A DNA stretch of 55,867 nt, the filler included, from Sphacelaria rigidula (Eukaryota), in NCBI GenBank assembly GCA_964200075.2. It is 5 parts of 5 records of this genome, joined end to end, with 100 filler letters (N's around TTAATTAATTAA, not from the genome) between each part and the next. Parts side by side here need not be neighbours in the genome. Positions count along the whole stretch, not along the records: positions 11,196 to 22,289 come from CAXNAA020005396.1; positions 22,390 to 33,482 come from CAXNAA020005397.1; 3 more parts are not named here. The stretch is one strand, 5' to 3'. The position numbers and the translations under genes are program-made. Shown piece by piece: positions 11,606-24,467 of this stretch. The number at the start of each line of letters is the position of its first letter. Position 1 is the stretch's first letter. The notes below the pieces were generated by a model. It was not told the DNA's origin. It saw only the letters and a program-made list of their open reading frames with translations, and ran no database searches.

Positions 11606-14600
11606 ATGAGCTCAGGTCTAGTGCACCCTTGGTTGACAGAAGCGGGTGCGCACAATTTCACCGAGGCGTACCGCTGCAGCTTTAAGGCGAAGAAACGTCT
11701 GTACAAGGAGCAGGAACTCACTGTGAGTTGGTCCGCAGAAGGGCAGTTATTAAACAATGGAATATTTGATGCTGACCAGAAAGCAGGCTGAAAGACTCCT
11801 GGCGAAGCTAAATGTGTCTTCTTGCCTCACGACAAGGAACGAAGACAACATCTTTTCGCAAGGGCTGAAGTACTAGTCTTGTGCCAAGGATGAACATTTC
11901 GTCATGGTTTCATCTGCCCCCCCCCGTCCTTTGGGCGAGTATGCACTTCAAGGCATGAACTACTAGCCTCTCCCCACCCATATGCCCGAAACGTCATCCT
12001 GGAGCACTGGATCATCACTGCCGCAGAAAGCCGGCGTTGATCGAATGATGATTGCGATTACTCACGTGCTCGAACTTTCGACGGCGGAAACCACATTCGG
12101 TATTACAGTACTGTATGAAGGCCATATCTGCCGGCATCCGAACTGGTCGCTGGCGAACACATTTTCCCACCGAGTACGTTGTATTCGTCGTTACGGTTTA
12201 GAACAAAGTTTGGTCGAAAACAAATGAACTATTGAATTATTAAAAAAAGACTTTCTTTGTCGGGACTGACACCCGACCACAAACTCTCACACAGGTTGTT
12301 TTGCGTTGTGCCCGTCGTCCGTGCCGGACAATGTCTACAACCACAGAACGCCTTCAATGCCTATACCGCACGCAAGGTCGACGAGGGTAGGAGAAACAAT
12401 CGAGCTCGATGGAAAGCGCTGTTTGCTCTGAGAAACTTGATGGAGAGCAAAGACGGAAGGCCCCTGGGTTCGCCGCCCATTCATCTGGCCGGTCGCGGTA
12501 TGTAAGATACGTTCGGGTTAACCCGTCGACTGTGGAATACGAACACCATATTCGTGAGATTCAGAGCGTAATATCGGATTCAGAGTGGATGCTCTAGAGT
12601 TCCTTACAGGCGACTTGCTTTTGTCTTTGCTTGAGCACACGTCCTTTGCATGCAGCTACCGTACAGTACCCCATTCGAGAAATTCGGCGGTCTGGTTGGT
12701 GGGATACCGTACAAAGCACTTTTACGCCTGGGGGGGCATTTCGAAACTGAAGCTGTTTCAGGCACTAATCGGTTTTCCCTGGAGGAGGGGATCTTTTGTT
12801 GAAATGGACTGACTACGTCGTTGCGATAAAGTGATGTGTCAAATTGATCGTGTAGATGACAGCTTTCATTGAAGCCACCGCTTCACCCCAGCTGGGCGCA
12901 TTACTCCTCGAACTGTGGCGATGTCAAAATCGACGGGAAAGTCGATTGTTTCGGGTCTCACTCTGAATCCGATGTTACACTCTGAATCTCGCGAATGTAG
13001 TGTTTACTGTGGCCAGTTTGATCAAAACAACCTTACACGTGAACCCCACTCTGCCATTTCCATCAAGTACAAATTTGAATTCTTGCGGGCGGTGAAAATT
13101 CCCAATACATGGCCTTCGTCTCTGTCAAGTCAAAGGGCTAGAGGAAAAGAGGGCAATTACGGCGGGGGAGCGGGGAAGAAGCGGCATGATGTTTATCAAA
13201 AACGACACGACAGCGATACTCAAGCAATCATCGTCCTCCAAGCTAACTGTGAAGCCGGGTTATGTAGTGTCGTCAGCACACTGATATAAGCTAGAATACG
13301 TGAGGAACAGTCATGTCAGAGTCGCCGTGAAGGCACGCGGCAAATATTTTGTTGAATTTGGGTGGTCGAAGTCCTGGTCAGCTTTCGCCACGACGACGCG
13401 TATTTCTGTCCATATCGTTCACGGTACTTGCCTTGAAATACTACTATCCACTTACGGTCACTATACTCGCCTTGAAAAAGTATCCACCTACCTCCGAACG
13501 GGTGCCATTTTCGCAAAAACGCCCTACGCCTTCAAGGGATAATTCAATGAACAGTAGCATACGTTTCGAGCCACCACGGCGTCAAAAGGCGAAGCAGTAC
13601 CATGCTTGTTGTGACACGGTATGGAAACGTGGGGATGGTGGGTGTTGCGTTGTCATCCCATCTCTTCTTGACGCCAGTCCACACCTTTCGATGTATGTGG
13701 GCGTATCAGCCGTTGTCACACAACAGGAAGGCCAACACAACATTTTTTTTTTTCAGTGCTTCGCCTTCCTTCTGTGGTGCTTGCCTTATCGTTTTATCGC
13801 GAGAGGGGTTCAGCGGTCTCCTTCCCTCGTCGACCGTGAAATCAATTTTTGTGTACCCACGACAAGTTCGCTCTCCACTGTTGGGCATGGTGTGAGAAAA
13901 AAATATCAGATCGTGTGACTTCACCGAGATTCGAACCCACGACCCAACCGTCAGAGAGTTTCGAGGTAACCACCTGAGCCACCGGGGGTACCGGCGTATG
14001 ATAGGAAAATCCAAGAACAGCTCGGTATGCAAGGCTCTCTGAACCCATACCAAACGTAATCTCAACACCGAACAAACGTTCAGTCTGCCTTCTTGCAGCA
14101 ACACCTTGTCTCACCGTACGGCGGACCTCCCGTCAACCGTGAAACACGTCGGTAGCGTACACCGAAACTTCACGTGAATGATCTCCCACGACCGAAGTTC
14201 ACGCACCTGTTCTCGACATTTTCGTGTTGCCGCGGCTGCTTGTTCACGTATTCGTACCCACAGGGCACTTTACGAAATCATGTATAGGGCGGAACCCCGC
14301 ACCTATGTTTCTCGCTCGACGTTCCTCACGGTCATGCGGAAAACGTATGGCTTTCGCATAGCTCCGATAGCTGGTCCGGTGGACCACGCTGCCCTCGGGA
14401 CTCTCAACGAGGTACAGTCGCGTGGGGGGCAGCCTGTAGACATGCGGCTAGTTACTGTAGCTCTCTCAGCAAGCGTGTAAACCCCACACTGTCGTCTGAC
14501 CTCGACATTTTTTCAGGGATATAAGTTCAGGACCAGTGCTACGGCTACAGTCTAGACGTAACCCTGTGAGCATAGAAAACGCGCCCTGCACTCCGCCTTA

Positions 14601-17600
14601 GTTATTCTCAGTGTATCAGGGCTGGCTTGAGGTCGAATTGTAGGTTTGAGGTTGGTCGTCGTCCTAAAGGTATTATTTACAAGCTGCACTGAAGGTAGTG
14701 TTCGACGGTGCTCTGTTTAGAGTTGCTGTCTACCATAACGTCATGCTCTCGTGTCTAGAAAAACGCCCCGATCGAGTCTCATTGGTGGCTAGGTACGATC
14801 GAGAACGATATTTGGGTTGATTCTCACCGCACGGTAGCCCGACATCTCAGAGCCTTGGTCGCAAAGTACACGGAGATCCGGCTGCTGCGATTGAAGGAGA
14901 TAATGTTGAGCCAGGAAACGGCGAAGAAACAAAATGAGTTCCGACATGAGATGGAAACATAAACAAAGCAGCGTACCCACGGGGCACGCGGAAAAAAAAC
15001 GCCAAGTAATTGTGACGTCGTTTTCGCTGCCAGTGCGCTGGTGTACATCGTGTCCAAACCGTGTATGCATCTCCTAGTCAACTTTGCATGGCGATCAAAC
15101 GTTGCTTTTAGGTGTACAGGGCCTTCGACGTGAAAAACGGTGGGCGAGTCGACTGGAGGTGTATGCTGTTTATGCTCAGGGCGGCAACGAATTCGCAGGT
15201 GACTCGACTGGCTGTGGTGTGGGATGTGCTGTGGGGCGAGGACTTGTCAAGCGAAAAGCGTCGTTTAGAATGTTTTTGTACTTTGCAGAAGTGGCCGGGT
15301 GAAAAATGTGCATGCTGCAAGCTCATCTCAGCAATTAAGGTCGACACCAACGACGATGTCGGTAGTATTTTTCTCGCCATCATTTCAAGAACGGAAGGCG
15401 CTGTGCTTTGTAATGTATGTTATTCATAGCTATCGGTGATAGTGTTTTGCCCTTCCGACTCTGATGCCCGTGTCACAGCCACTTTCAATTTGAAATATTG
15501 CTTGCCCACACAGGTGACCGTCGATGACAACCTAAAGTGGGGCTTCGCTCTGTACTCGAGCCCCGGCAATTTCGACGCCGAATGCGAGGATCCCGTGTTG
15601 ATGGAACGTGTTAGGAGCCTACTCCATACACTGGCAAGGTGTGTTGTTAAAATCCTGTTCAGTAGATCTCAGGTTGAACAAAATATCAAGATATTTCGCG
15701 CTCATGCTTTTATAAGGTGATTTGATCGGCTAGATGGCAGGGTGCAATGGATCGGTGAGTTTCGACCCCTTCACCAATCGTTGAGTCTTCGTTGAATGAT
15801 AAATATGATGGTTTCCTCGTAATATGCCGACGCACTAGTCGGTAGAAGTATTGTCAATTTCGTTGAGTACCATGCCTCATTTTCTCACTCCTTCTACTCG
15901 AGGCTCTCTTTCGCGGGAGTGTTCAATTTCATGTACGCTGGGTACCTCTACCTTGCGAGAGCGGCTGGGTGACTCGAGAATCAGTTAACGCTAGATATTT
16001 CACCACCAACATCAATCGATCAAGGCATCGCTTATCTTGGGATCGAAAACACTGCCGCGCCATTTGTATACATCCTCACGAGGCGCTGATACCAACACTT
16101 ATGTGAGAAGTTGCATTGCTATAGCAGCAAAGTAATAGATTCATCTCGTGAGCAACTCCGAGAGGAAATATCGACTCCACAAATCTCGCTATCAACTACT
16201 GTTTGAGTTGTACTGCGTTCCTATGATCATCAGAAGGTATTCCAGGGGGCTCGAACCGCTCGGCGAAGCGACTTCCGAATGTGCTCGTCTGCACACGTCA
16301 CATTCCCGTGCATCTTTGGAATTCGGGTCGAACTGTTTCAAGCAGTCCCACACTAAAAACAGTAGCACTGTAACTAGTCTAGCTTTTTCTGCCATAGTTT
16401 CTGGCGAATGGTCTTTGGTCAAGTCTAGTCACGTCGTCGTCGTCATTCTATGACGGGAAAGATACCGATTTTGCAAGCTGCATGATTTCCCCCCGAAACA
16501 GAAACTTGGGGGGAAATGTTGCCCGGTCTAAACCATTATCTAGGCTTCGTAGTCAAGACGTATTGCTTGGTGTATATCGTAATCCAGGCTTCGCAGTCGG
16601 GGGTTTGTGGTTTCATGGTACATAGTCGAAGAAGACCTCGATAAACTTATTGTGGCCCAGGTCGTGTCTCATGTTCGGTAATACCGGAAGAAACAGCATA
16701 TTATCCTGAGCCTCATAGTTTTTAGCTGCGATGGGAAATTTTGGTATATCAGACAAGATGCGGGGCTCATTCTCGCCCCCTGATGCGGGCCTAAATATTC
16801 GAATCTTTGCAGGTAAGAGCGACACAAATGATCGCCATCGAGGTACCGAGGGCTTGACGAGGCTTGGGAAATCGTCGACAAGCATCATGTGAATAGGCGC
16901 GCTGTTGAAAGCGATTTTGACAGATTATTTAGATTCTATTAGACTTCGACTGCCCGGTGGCAGGTCGATGAAATGTGCATGTAAAACATCACGGTGACAG
17001 ATGCGATCGGCGTGAAGAGCTCATCTCGATGTTCGACGAAGCGTGGGAAGCAGTTGTAGAGGACGACCAGGAGGCAAGACGCTTGGAAATGGCTCACAGG
17101 AACGCACTGGAAGAGCATCGGGAGTACAATTTGAAGGTACTGCTGGGGCAAACGAGTATGTATCGCAGACCCTCGCTCGCACATTTGCTGTTCTTGTTTT
17201 CTTTTCCTCACACTTTGAACCCCTCCCCTTCCTCGGGATGCGTCCGTGGTCTCAAGGGGATCAACCCATCTCTCTCCAGGTACCCGCCTTTCATTTTGGT
17301 CTCGCGGATTTGGTCAGCACTCCCGCACCGCGTCAACTCACACAAACCTAGCCGACTACTTTGTTTACTCACGTTCTCACGCTTTCTACGGTGGAAATAA
17401 TACATTACGAAGAAAAAACCCAACACATCGAGAATTGAACCCCCGTTTTCTCCACCCTAATGGCGACAGTCGGACCATTACACCGCCGGGGCGCGGCTAT
17501 TATGCCTTGAGCTGCAACTCGCGATCGACGGTGTCTCTCGACATGGAACATGGTACATGGTGCATAACAATTGCTGCTAAATTGACGGTTGGCTCGTCAA

Positions 17601-20600
17601 GAGCAGATGTCAAGCGCTGACTTCCACAGTTGGAACTAAACACACCTGCGCCTTCACGCTACAGTTTGTGTATGGAAGGATCACCGATTCGGAAGATCAC
17701 TGTTCCTGTTTCCCCTGCGGGGATCGCCCTTCAAGTTTGTGATGAAGATTGTATGGCCGACACCCCGCGGTGATGCGTATTTTGCACTAGCACCAGGGTG
17801 TGCTGAGAAAACCTCGCGAACTCCGCCTCCCCAATGTATGGCCAATGGCGCGAATCGCTCTTTAATTTTTTTCTGTACGTTTTGGTTCCTTTCCGGCAGA
17901 TTTCGATGCGCCTATTTCTTCTGATGTTGCAACAAGAAGCTCTCAAGAAGCTATTCCGGCCTGCCATGCGCTTCGGTCTTCGAGACAAGGGCACGTGGAC
18001 TTATGTCATCGAACAGGTACGTATACCCCTACAAGAAACTCAACAAAAATGACGTATAACCCCCCTCCTCCCCTGCAACCCCTAAATGACTTCATTGTAG
18101 CGGCAAAAAACGATTACCATGGCGAACAGACACGGCCCTAAAATGACGTGAGCGAGGGTAGCTTTCCCCAGTTCGTCCCCTGTCACAATTATGCATCTAA
18201 CATTCGTTGTTTGTCTGGAACCCTAACCAAACCGTACGTAACCGTATTCCAAACCCCGATGGAAGACAGACCAGAAACTCTCCGGCAAACAGGGTTCACT
18301 TGAGAGGGTATACTCCATGTGCATTCGTGAGGTAAAAAAACGAGCGTCGTACTTGGCGCCTCTCCCAGGAATCAGAATCTGAACAACCCATACTGCAACC
18401 GAATGCGCCAGTGGTAACAGCTTTGAGAGACACGCAGCACAGTCGTACCTTATCGCACAACATATAGGGTATCGGTATTCATTGGGGATATCAATATCGG
18501 GTATCCAGATAGAGTATGGACATCGGATATCGGGGTGGACTATGAACATCCATTCGGGGTGTCCGTCTGGGATGTCCACGTGCAGGGTGTCCAGTCAGGA
18601 TCCTGTCATATGCACCTAGGATATCTGTCTGGGATGCCGGATTCACCTGCGACACCCAGGTGGGATGTTATGCCTCTTGATTCTCGATATCCAAGATGGA
18701 CGTCCACACTCCAGATGAATATGATATGTGGACATGATGTCCTAGATGAATGTCCCACACGGATATGATATACCAGATGGATGTGATGGACATGTCCTGG
18801 GTGGATGTTCCAGGTGAATATGATGTTCAAGATGGAGGTTGCACGATTATGCAGGCCTCTTGAGAGAAGAACACACTCCATGAAACCAACGGATTCATCT
18901 CGAAAAGACCGCGGCTTTCAGCAAAACGTAACAGCTCCAACCAATCGACCCTGAGTCGCCTCCACGGGGCTCTTCCCTGTGACTCTGGTACATACCTGTA
19001 CGTACGCGGATGCTTCGGAATCAAACGTTTGGTGAAATGGCCGGTTTGCTTTTAGTCTTCCCTTAAACTCCTCGAGGAGGTCTGTCCGGCGTACACTAAG
19101 ACGCGGTGTGGCTACCTTTGCGTAGAATGTGGAAGTCGCTGATAAGTTGCGCCATACACGCACCACAAGGGGTCGTGTTTCGAGCTGTGTCTCGCTGGCC
19201 TCCTAACGAGCACACTCATCCAGCGTAAGCACTTCTTCTTGAGAGCAGTTTCCAGCGCAGAACACCTTTCTTATATTGACGTGATAACCCTGAGTCCGTG
19301 GAGGGATACGTGATCGGGTGAAGCGATCTCAGTGTATGTATCGTATCCTATCTGGCGCGTGTCCATATATATTTGTACCCGTAGGAGTTCTTCGACCCGC
19401 TTCTCCTGGAGTTGGTGAAGAGAGGGAGACGAAAGCAGCGGGACGACAAGGAAACAGCCATGTGAGAATGCGATGTATTGAAGGTATCCAACAATCAAAT
19501 ATAAAGAAAAGGACGGGAAATTTTGTACTTAAGGAGGCCACAAAGCCAGGTAGCATTGTGTATGGCCCATTTTTGGCGGAGCGATCAACGTGTTGGAGAC
19601 CAAGGTTCGAACGCTCAAGAAGATATTTTGGCTAAGCCTTCGAGCATATAAGTAGATATTTTGGACCCTGGTTAGTGATTTATATTGTTTTAGTTTTGCC
19701 GCATCTGCATGATGTAAGGGTGCACGTCTCGTGGGAGGCGCCTTAATTTGTTGGGGAAGAAAATCGATACAAAAGCCCTACGCTTGACATGGGGGAAACT
19801 GGAACCATGCCCAGTGAATCACATGTTGACAACTGTTTTTTTTTCAATAGAGTTGCGGGGTACTTGTATCTGCGGTGTTCGCAAACTGTCGTCAATATAT
19901 TTCACTCAAGAGGGTCATGGGGCTAACTACTCTGTCTCGATGCCGCGCCTATCGGTGTTCGCAAACTGTTGTCCCTATATCCTGTTCAAGAGGATCAGTG
20001 AGGCAAACTAATCTGTCTCGATGCCACGCCTATCGGTGTTCGCAAACGGTTGTCCCTATATCCTGTTCAAAAGAGTCAGTGAGGCAAACTACTTGGACTT
20101 TCGATGCCACGCCTATAGGAAACTGTCGAGCATCTCAGGTAAGATGCCCACGCTAAAGAATGGTACAATGGAACATAACCCATGGGCTGCGTTGCATGTC
20201 GTCTCAAACCCCCCTCCTCGCGCGCGCCTTCCCTCCATGCGCGGGGGATACACGTTCATTCATGTCCAATATTCAAAACTTGGATACCAAGGATGCTCAA
20301 CAGCTCTCCTGTAAAAATCTGTTTTGTGTGACAACGCAAAGATGAAGTACCTGACGATGCTTTCTCTACAAAATGCAGCGTACATTGGCGACAACTCGCC
20401 GTTCTTGTGGCTCACTGCAGAGACCACCACTTGAAGACCGGTCATCAACGAGAATGAAACTTTGACATGAGCTGCTTACCTCTTACCTTCCCCGCACCCT
20501 GGCAGTTTTTTGGGCAACGCTCGACGACGAACGTTGAAGGTACGCCTGGAAATGTGGAAGCGTATGCTAGGTCGAAGAAACAGGTGCAGGATGCTGATGC

Positions 20601-20661
20601 TGGAAATCGGGGGCCGGCTCTGTACTGCCCAGACTTCCGTCGGTTTTCGGCTTATACGAAG
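11606..20661 (+). CDS. Uncharacterised multi-exon protein with an EF-hand-like segment and basic helical C-terminal region (exons 11606-11722, 12347-12497, 13136-~13248, ~13481/13537-13618, 14084-14151, 14264-14411, 15112-15198, 15514-15638, 17001-17136, 17900-18016, 19385-19461, 20506-20661; possible next exon from 21476)
   Basis: GT-AG sites with matching phases from 14084 to 20661 give ..ALYEIMYRAEPRTYVSRSTFLTVMRK..LNE/VYRAFDVKNGGRVDWRCMLFML..DDNLKWGFALY..EELISMFDEAWEAV..ISMRLFLLML... Boundaries of the exons around 13136-13618 are uncertain. Confidence 0.75.
13641..13995 (-). mobile_element. tRNA-derived SINE, family B, full length
   Basis: Minus-strand head GCCGGTACCCCCGGTGGCTCAGGTGG (A box)..GGTTCGAATCT (B box); further copies at 34125-34477 and 34638-34999. 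Confidence 0.8.
17200..17497 (-). mobile_element. tRNA-derived SINE, family A, full length
   Basis: Minus-strand head GCCGCGCCCCGGCGGTGTAATGGTCC..GGTTCAATTCT; intronic. Confidence 0.8.
18467..18835. repeat. Degenerate short-period repeat (GGATAT/GATGTCC/CCAGATG motifs)
   Basis: Dense recurrence of ggatat, gatgtcc and ccagatg. Confidence 0.5.
19869..20127 (+). repeat. Tandem repeat, unit about 80 bp, about 3 copies
   Basis: CGGTGTTCGCAAAC recurs at 19873, 19953 and 20034. Confidence 0.85.
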
Positions 20662-20959
20662 GTGCGTGCACTTCAGTGAATATATATTTTTCCGTGTACT
20701 CTGTTCACGCAATAGTCACCGAGAGTGCAAGAACTCCGCACCACCTTATCTGGAAAGATCACATTGAGCGTTTGGTTTGCCAAACGTTAGTTACGGTGCA
20801 CTAGCCGTACTGTTTCCAGTCCTTGTTAAGCTTTCACGAATTAATAGACGTTCTCCAACACCAGATTCCAACTCTACTATCTCTCGGAAGTGAGCACATA
20901 CATGTACATGTTTGAACGGTGCGCTAGTGCTTATTTGCCCTGCTGCAAGACTACGTCGC

Positions 20960-21013
20960 TGATGATGATGATGATGGTGATGATGGTGATGATGGTGATG
21001 ATGGTGATGATGG

Positions 21014-21098
<85 letters not shown>

Positions 21099-21133
21099 GA
21101 TGGTGATAATCATCATCATCATCATCATCATCA
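20960..21133. repeat. (GAT/GGT)n microsatellite followed by inverted (CAT)n
   Basis: Read directly; intronic. Confidence 0.95.
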
Positions 21134-22289
21134 TTCGTCAAGAGCAGAACAGCACGGGGGTATGGCCAGTGCTGAGCAGATTTGCGCATAGTTTCAACGC
21201 TGTAGAGACGCTGTGGTTACAAACACCGCCAAACTCCCAAAACCACAGCAAATATCGGTACTCCGGACAAAACACGAAGCAAACGTTTTGTTCATGCCTA
21301 TATTGGTTAATATATGCTATAAAAAGGAAATTATCCCTTGTACTGCCCCGATGTGACTGCTGTATACACACATATTTATATATGCGAAAAGCGGTGTACC
21401 GGAGTACCAACACTAATTTCTCTATTCCGTTGCATTTGCATTATCTCTATACATATACTTTAACGGCTGCCTCAGGTTCGCGTCTGCCATGGCACTGAAG
21501 ACAAGGTCTTGGAGAGCGTCGCTCCCGCCAACGAGCCAACATCGGCGCATTCATCCTCACCAGTGACAAGCTTCACCGAGTTGGCTTCAGCGAATAGATC
21601 TGGTTGCCTCGGTCGCGGCTTCATTGGTCGTTTGGTCAAGGCGAGTCTTCGTCCCATAACGAAATAACTAGCACGTTACAGATCTAGTAGACGTCTCTCA
21701 CGAAAAACATCAAGTAACTCCGATCTGCTTCAAAATTGATATTTTCCCCTGGTTCATGGCCAATATGGGTCAATGTACGGTGCCACCGTAAGTGTATTTT
21801 TCTTCAAGTAATTCAATACAAAAAGATACCGCAAAAAAAGTATGTACATCAACACCTGGCTCGTGTAGCCGTATTGCAATTTTGGTTCCGAGTATCGTCA
21901 TCACTCCTTCGGGCGTGCGTTTACGTCTGTAATGCTTGTTTATGTGTGTACGCCAGTCCTTTCTACGGGCAGCTTGTAATGCAGAGGTTCGTGTGCAAAA
22001 GTAGTATGTATTCAGGTGAGTACTTTTCCGTCTTAGTCGTAACATTTTGTTCAAAGTGTGATCTATCTCAATAATCGTATCTGATGATAACGATGGTGAT
22101 AATGATGAAAGACGAACAGCGAAATATGCCGCGAGAAAAGAATGGACGAAATTTGTGAGTGGTGTGCGGCAGTACTGATCCAACACTCGACAAGAAATTG
22201 TCGGGGCGGCACCCAAAGAAAGTGTGTCTGTGTGTGTTGGCGGGGGGGGGGGGGGGGGAGGGGGATATCATTGTGTTGTCTTTTTTCTT

Positions 22290-22389
22290 NNNNNNNNNNN
22301 NNNNNNNNNNNNNNNNNNNNNNNNNNNNNNNNNTTAATTAATTAANNNNNNNNNNNNNNNNNNNNNNNNNNNNNNNNNNNNNNNNNNNN
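22290..22389. other. Artificial contig linker
   Basis: N44-TTAATTAATTAA-N44. Confidence 0.97.
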
Positions 22390-24422
22390 TTCTTCGTAGT
22401 TCGCGTGTAATGCAGCTTGAGCCGCCACTCTCCTCTACGCTTGTCGTGGACAAACTTAGGAACCGTGGTCTTCACCCACCGCATAGCGCCTGGCACACGC
22501 GAGGTCAGCAGCGAGCTCTTGCAGGGGAGACACTGCTGTGCTGCTGATGCTGCCGTTCGTGACTGTCACTTTCTACAATTGCGCCGCGTTTTTTTTTCAG
22601 GATTTTCACGAAAATGACCGTTTCATGCCTCAATCGCGCCGCGCTATGACGCGCTGTGATTGTCCGATGACTCTTCAAGTGCAGAACGTGCTCTATGCAG
22701 GATTTGGAGAGCTGTAGCTTCTAGGTGTGACTTCCCCGATTTCAGCGGTGGTTTCGGATTGACCTACAACGTAGCAGAAGCAGAGTTATGGCCGTCTGAC
22801 GGATTGACAGCGTCTTGGCCGGCCCAGCTTGTATACAATTGAAAGATTGTACTGTGCACAGTATGGAAGCTATTGCCTACTGCGACGTGCGCAATACTCG
22901 TGGTGGGAACTGCGCGCAGTATCACTTGAAGACAGTATAGAAATCTCCACGCGGTATGAATTGTTACAGCCGGCTTGCGCGCCATAGCGGCTGTGGTACA
23001 GCTCAGCTCCGCTCAAGATACAGGCAGGAATTACAACGGCAGAGGCGACCTATTACTCCTGCGGGCGCCACCTAGGGCAAATGCATGCTTGGCTGCAGCA
23101 CCGACCGCTGTACTAGATGTGGCGGAGCGAGGGGTGGTACACCACGTACACACAGACAGCAAGCAGTATCATACATATACTGTATACAAGTGTGATCTGA
23201 AATCCGTGCGCGCGGGGTGGGGCCGGCGTGTAGAGAACCCTGCACAAGTTCGCCGTGTACTACCGGGACGCGACTTTTTTTCAGTAGCAATCACTTGCGA
23301 TGTGAGCTGTGACGGGTCTCGTGCGTGATGGTGCTTTTCCACCTCCGCACACCGCCCGTGAAGCAAGCTCTTCATGCTCGGAGTGCCCACCCCTCTTCCC
23401 GTGATGATCTCCACTCTCGGTCTGAGACCATTGAGTCTGCGGAATATGACAGTAACTACAGGAAGGTAAATACTCTCCCACACAAATGCCTCCATAATAT
23501 GTAAAGGAAAAACATTGACATATTTTCGACTAGCGTCACCCCCGGAAGGCCAGTACCAACCTCCCGAAGGGAAACCTTGTTTTCATGTTTCATTTCACAT
23601 TTTTCAACACTTTTGCCGAGTTTTCTCTGGCGGCAAGGGATTTTTTCCCGCGCTTTCTTTTGCAGTGCACTCAGAAGGCTCAGCGGTACATTATCATTCA
23701 GGTTTGGGTGTTATCTGATACCTGTGACCCGTGTTCTGGCCACCGAAAGTCGCTCAAACTGGCTCTTTTTCGCGGGGTGTCGATCCCGAATCATAAAAGC
23801 CTTTTTTAAGATCATGGAAAACTTGAAACGGGAACCCGAACCACAAAAGCCTGTTGAAAGCCATGGAAAACTTCAAACAGGATTACTTTTGGTCGGGTAT
23901 TTTCCCCCCGTGTTTCTCTTTGTCGCCTTCTCGTTCATTTGGGAGCACGAACACACCGATTATGCCGCCGATGTCACGAGAACATGAGAGTAAAGCAGTT
24001 GAAAACAATCGAACATTGCCTTGGCCTTAGTCACCAGCGAACACAAGACCGTGCAATGGGCCGTTGGCGATTTGAACAAGGCACAGCAGCACGGCAGCAC
24101 AGGAAGGTTTTGCCGGAACAAACAATCGTCCTGTTCTGAAAAAAAAGGCCCGATGATGTGGAAGCCACAGTGATGTACAAAGAACATGCCAAGAACGTTC
24201 CACGCATTCCACTTTTTCGGCAAGTGCCTCCCGCTGTCATGTCTCTCTGGCACGAGAGCTACTTCGCACTCTAGCAGGTCGGGAATCCCACACATGTCCT
24301 GCGCCGACGGTTCCGCAGTCGGCCTCAGTCCGAATCCCCATGTTTCCGAACGACATCCGATGACACATACGATGTTTTGTACAGCCACCATCACTACTGT
24401 ATACTGAGATACAACAGCCTTT

Positions 24423-24453
<31 letters not shown>

Positions 24454-24467
24454 TGTCGGTAATGTAG

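Noticed and set aside
13915..13995. tRNA genes at SINE heads (also 17425-17497, 30745-30815, 34400-34477, 34925-34999)
   Set aside because: A and B boxes are present but there is no intact cloverleaf, and each is fused to a repeated SINE body.
20791..21498. Poly-His and poly-Met ORFs
   Set aside because: They are translations of an intronic (GAT)n/(CAT)n microsatellite.
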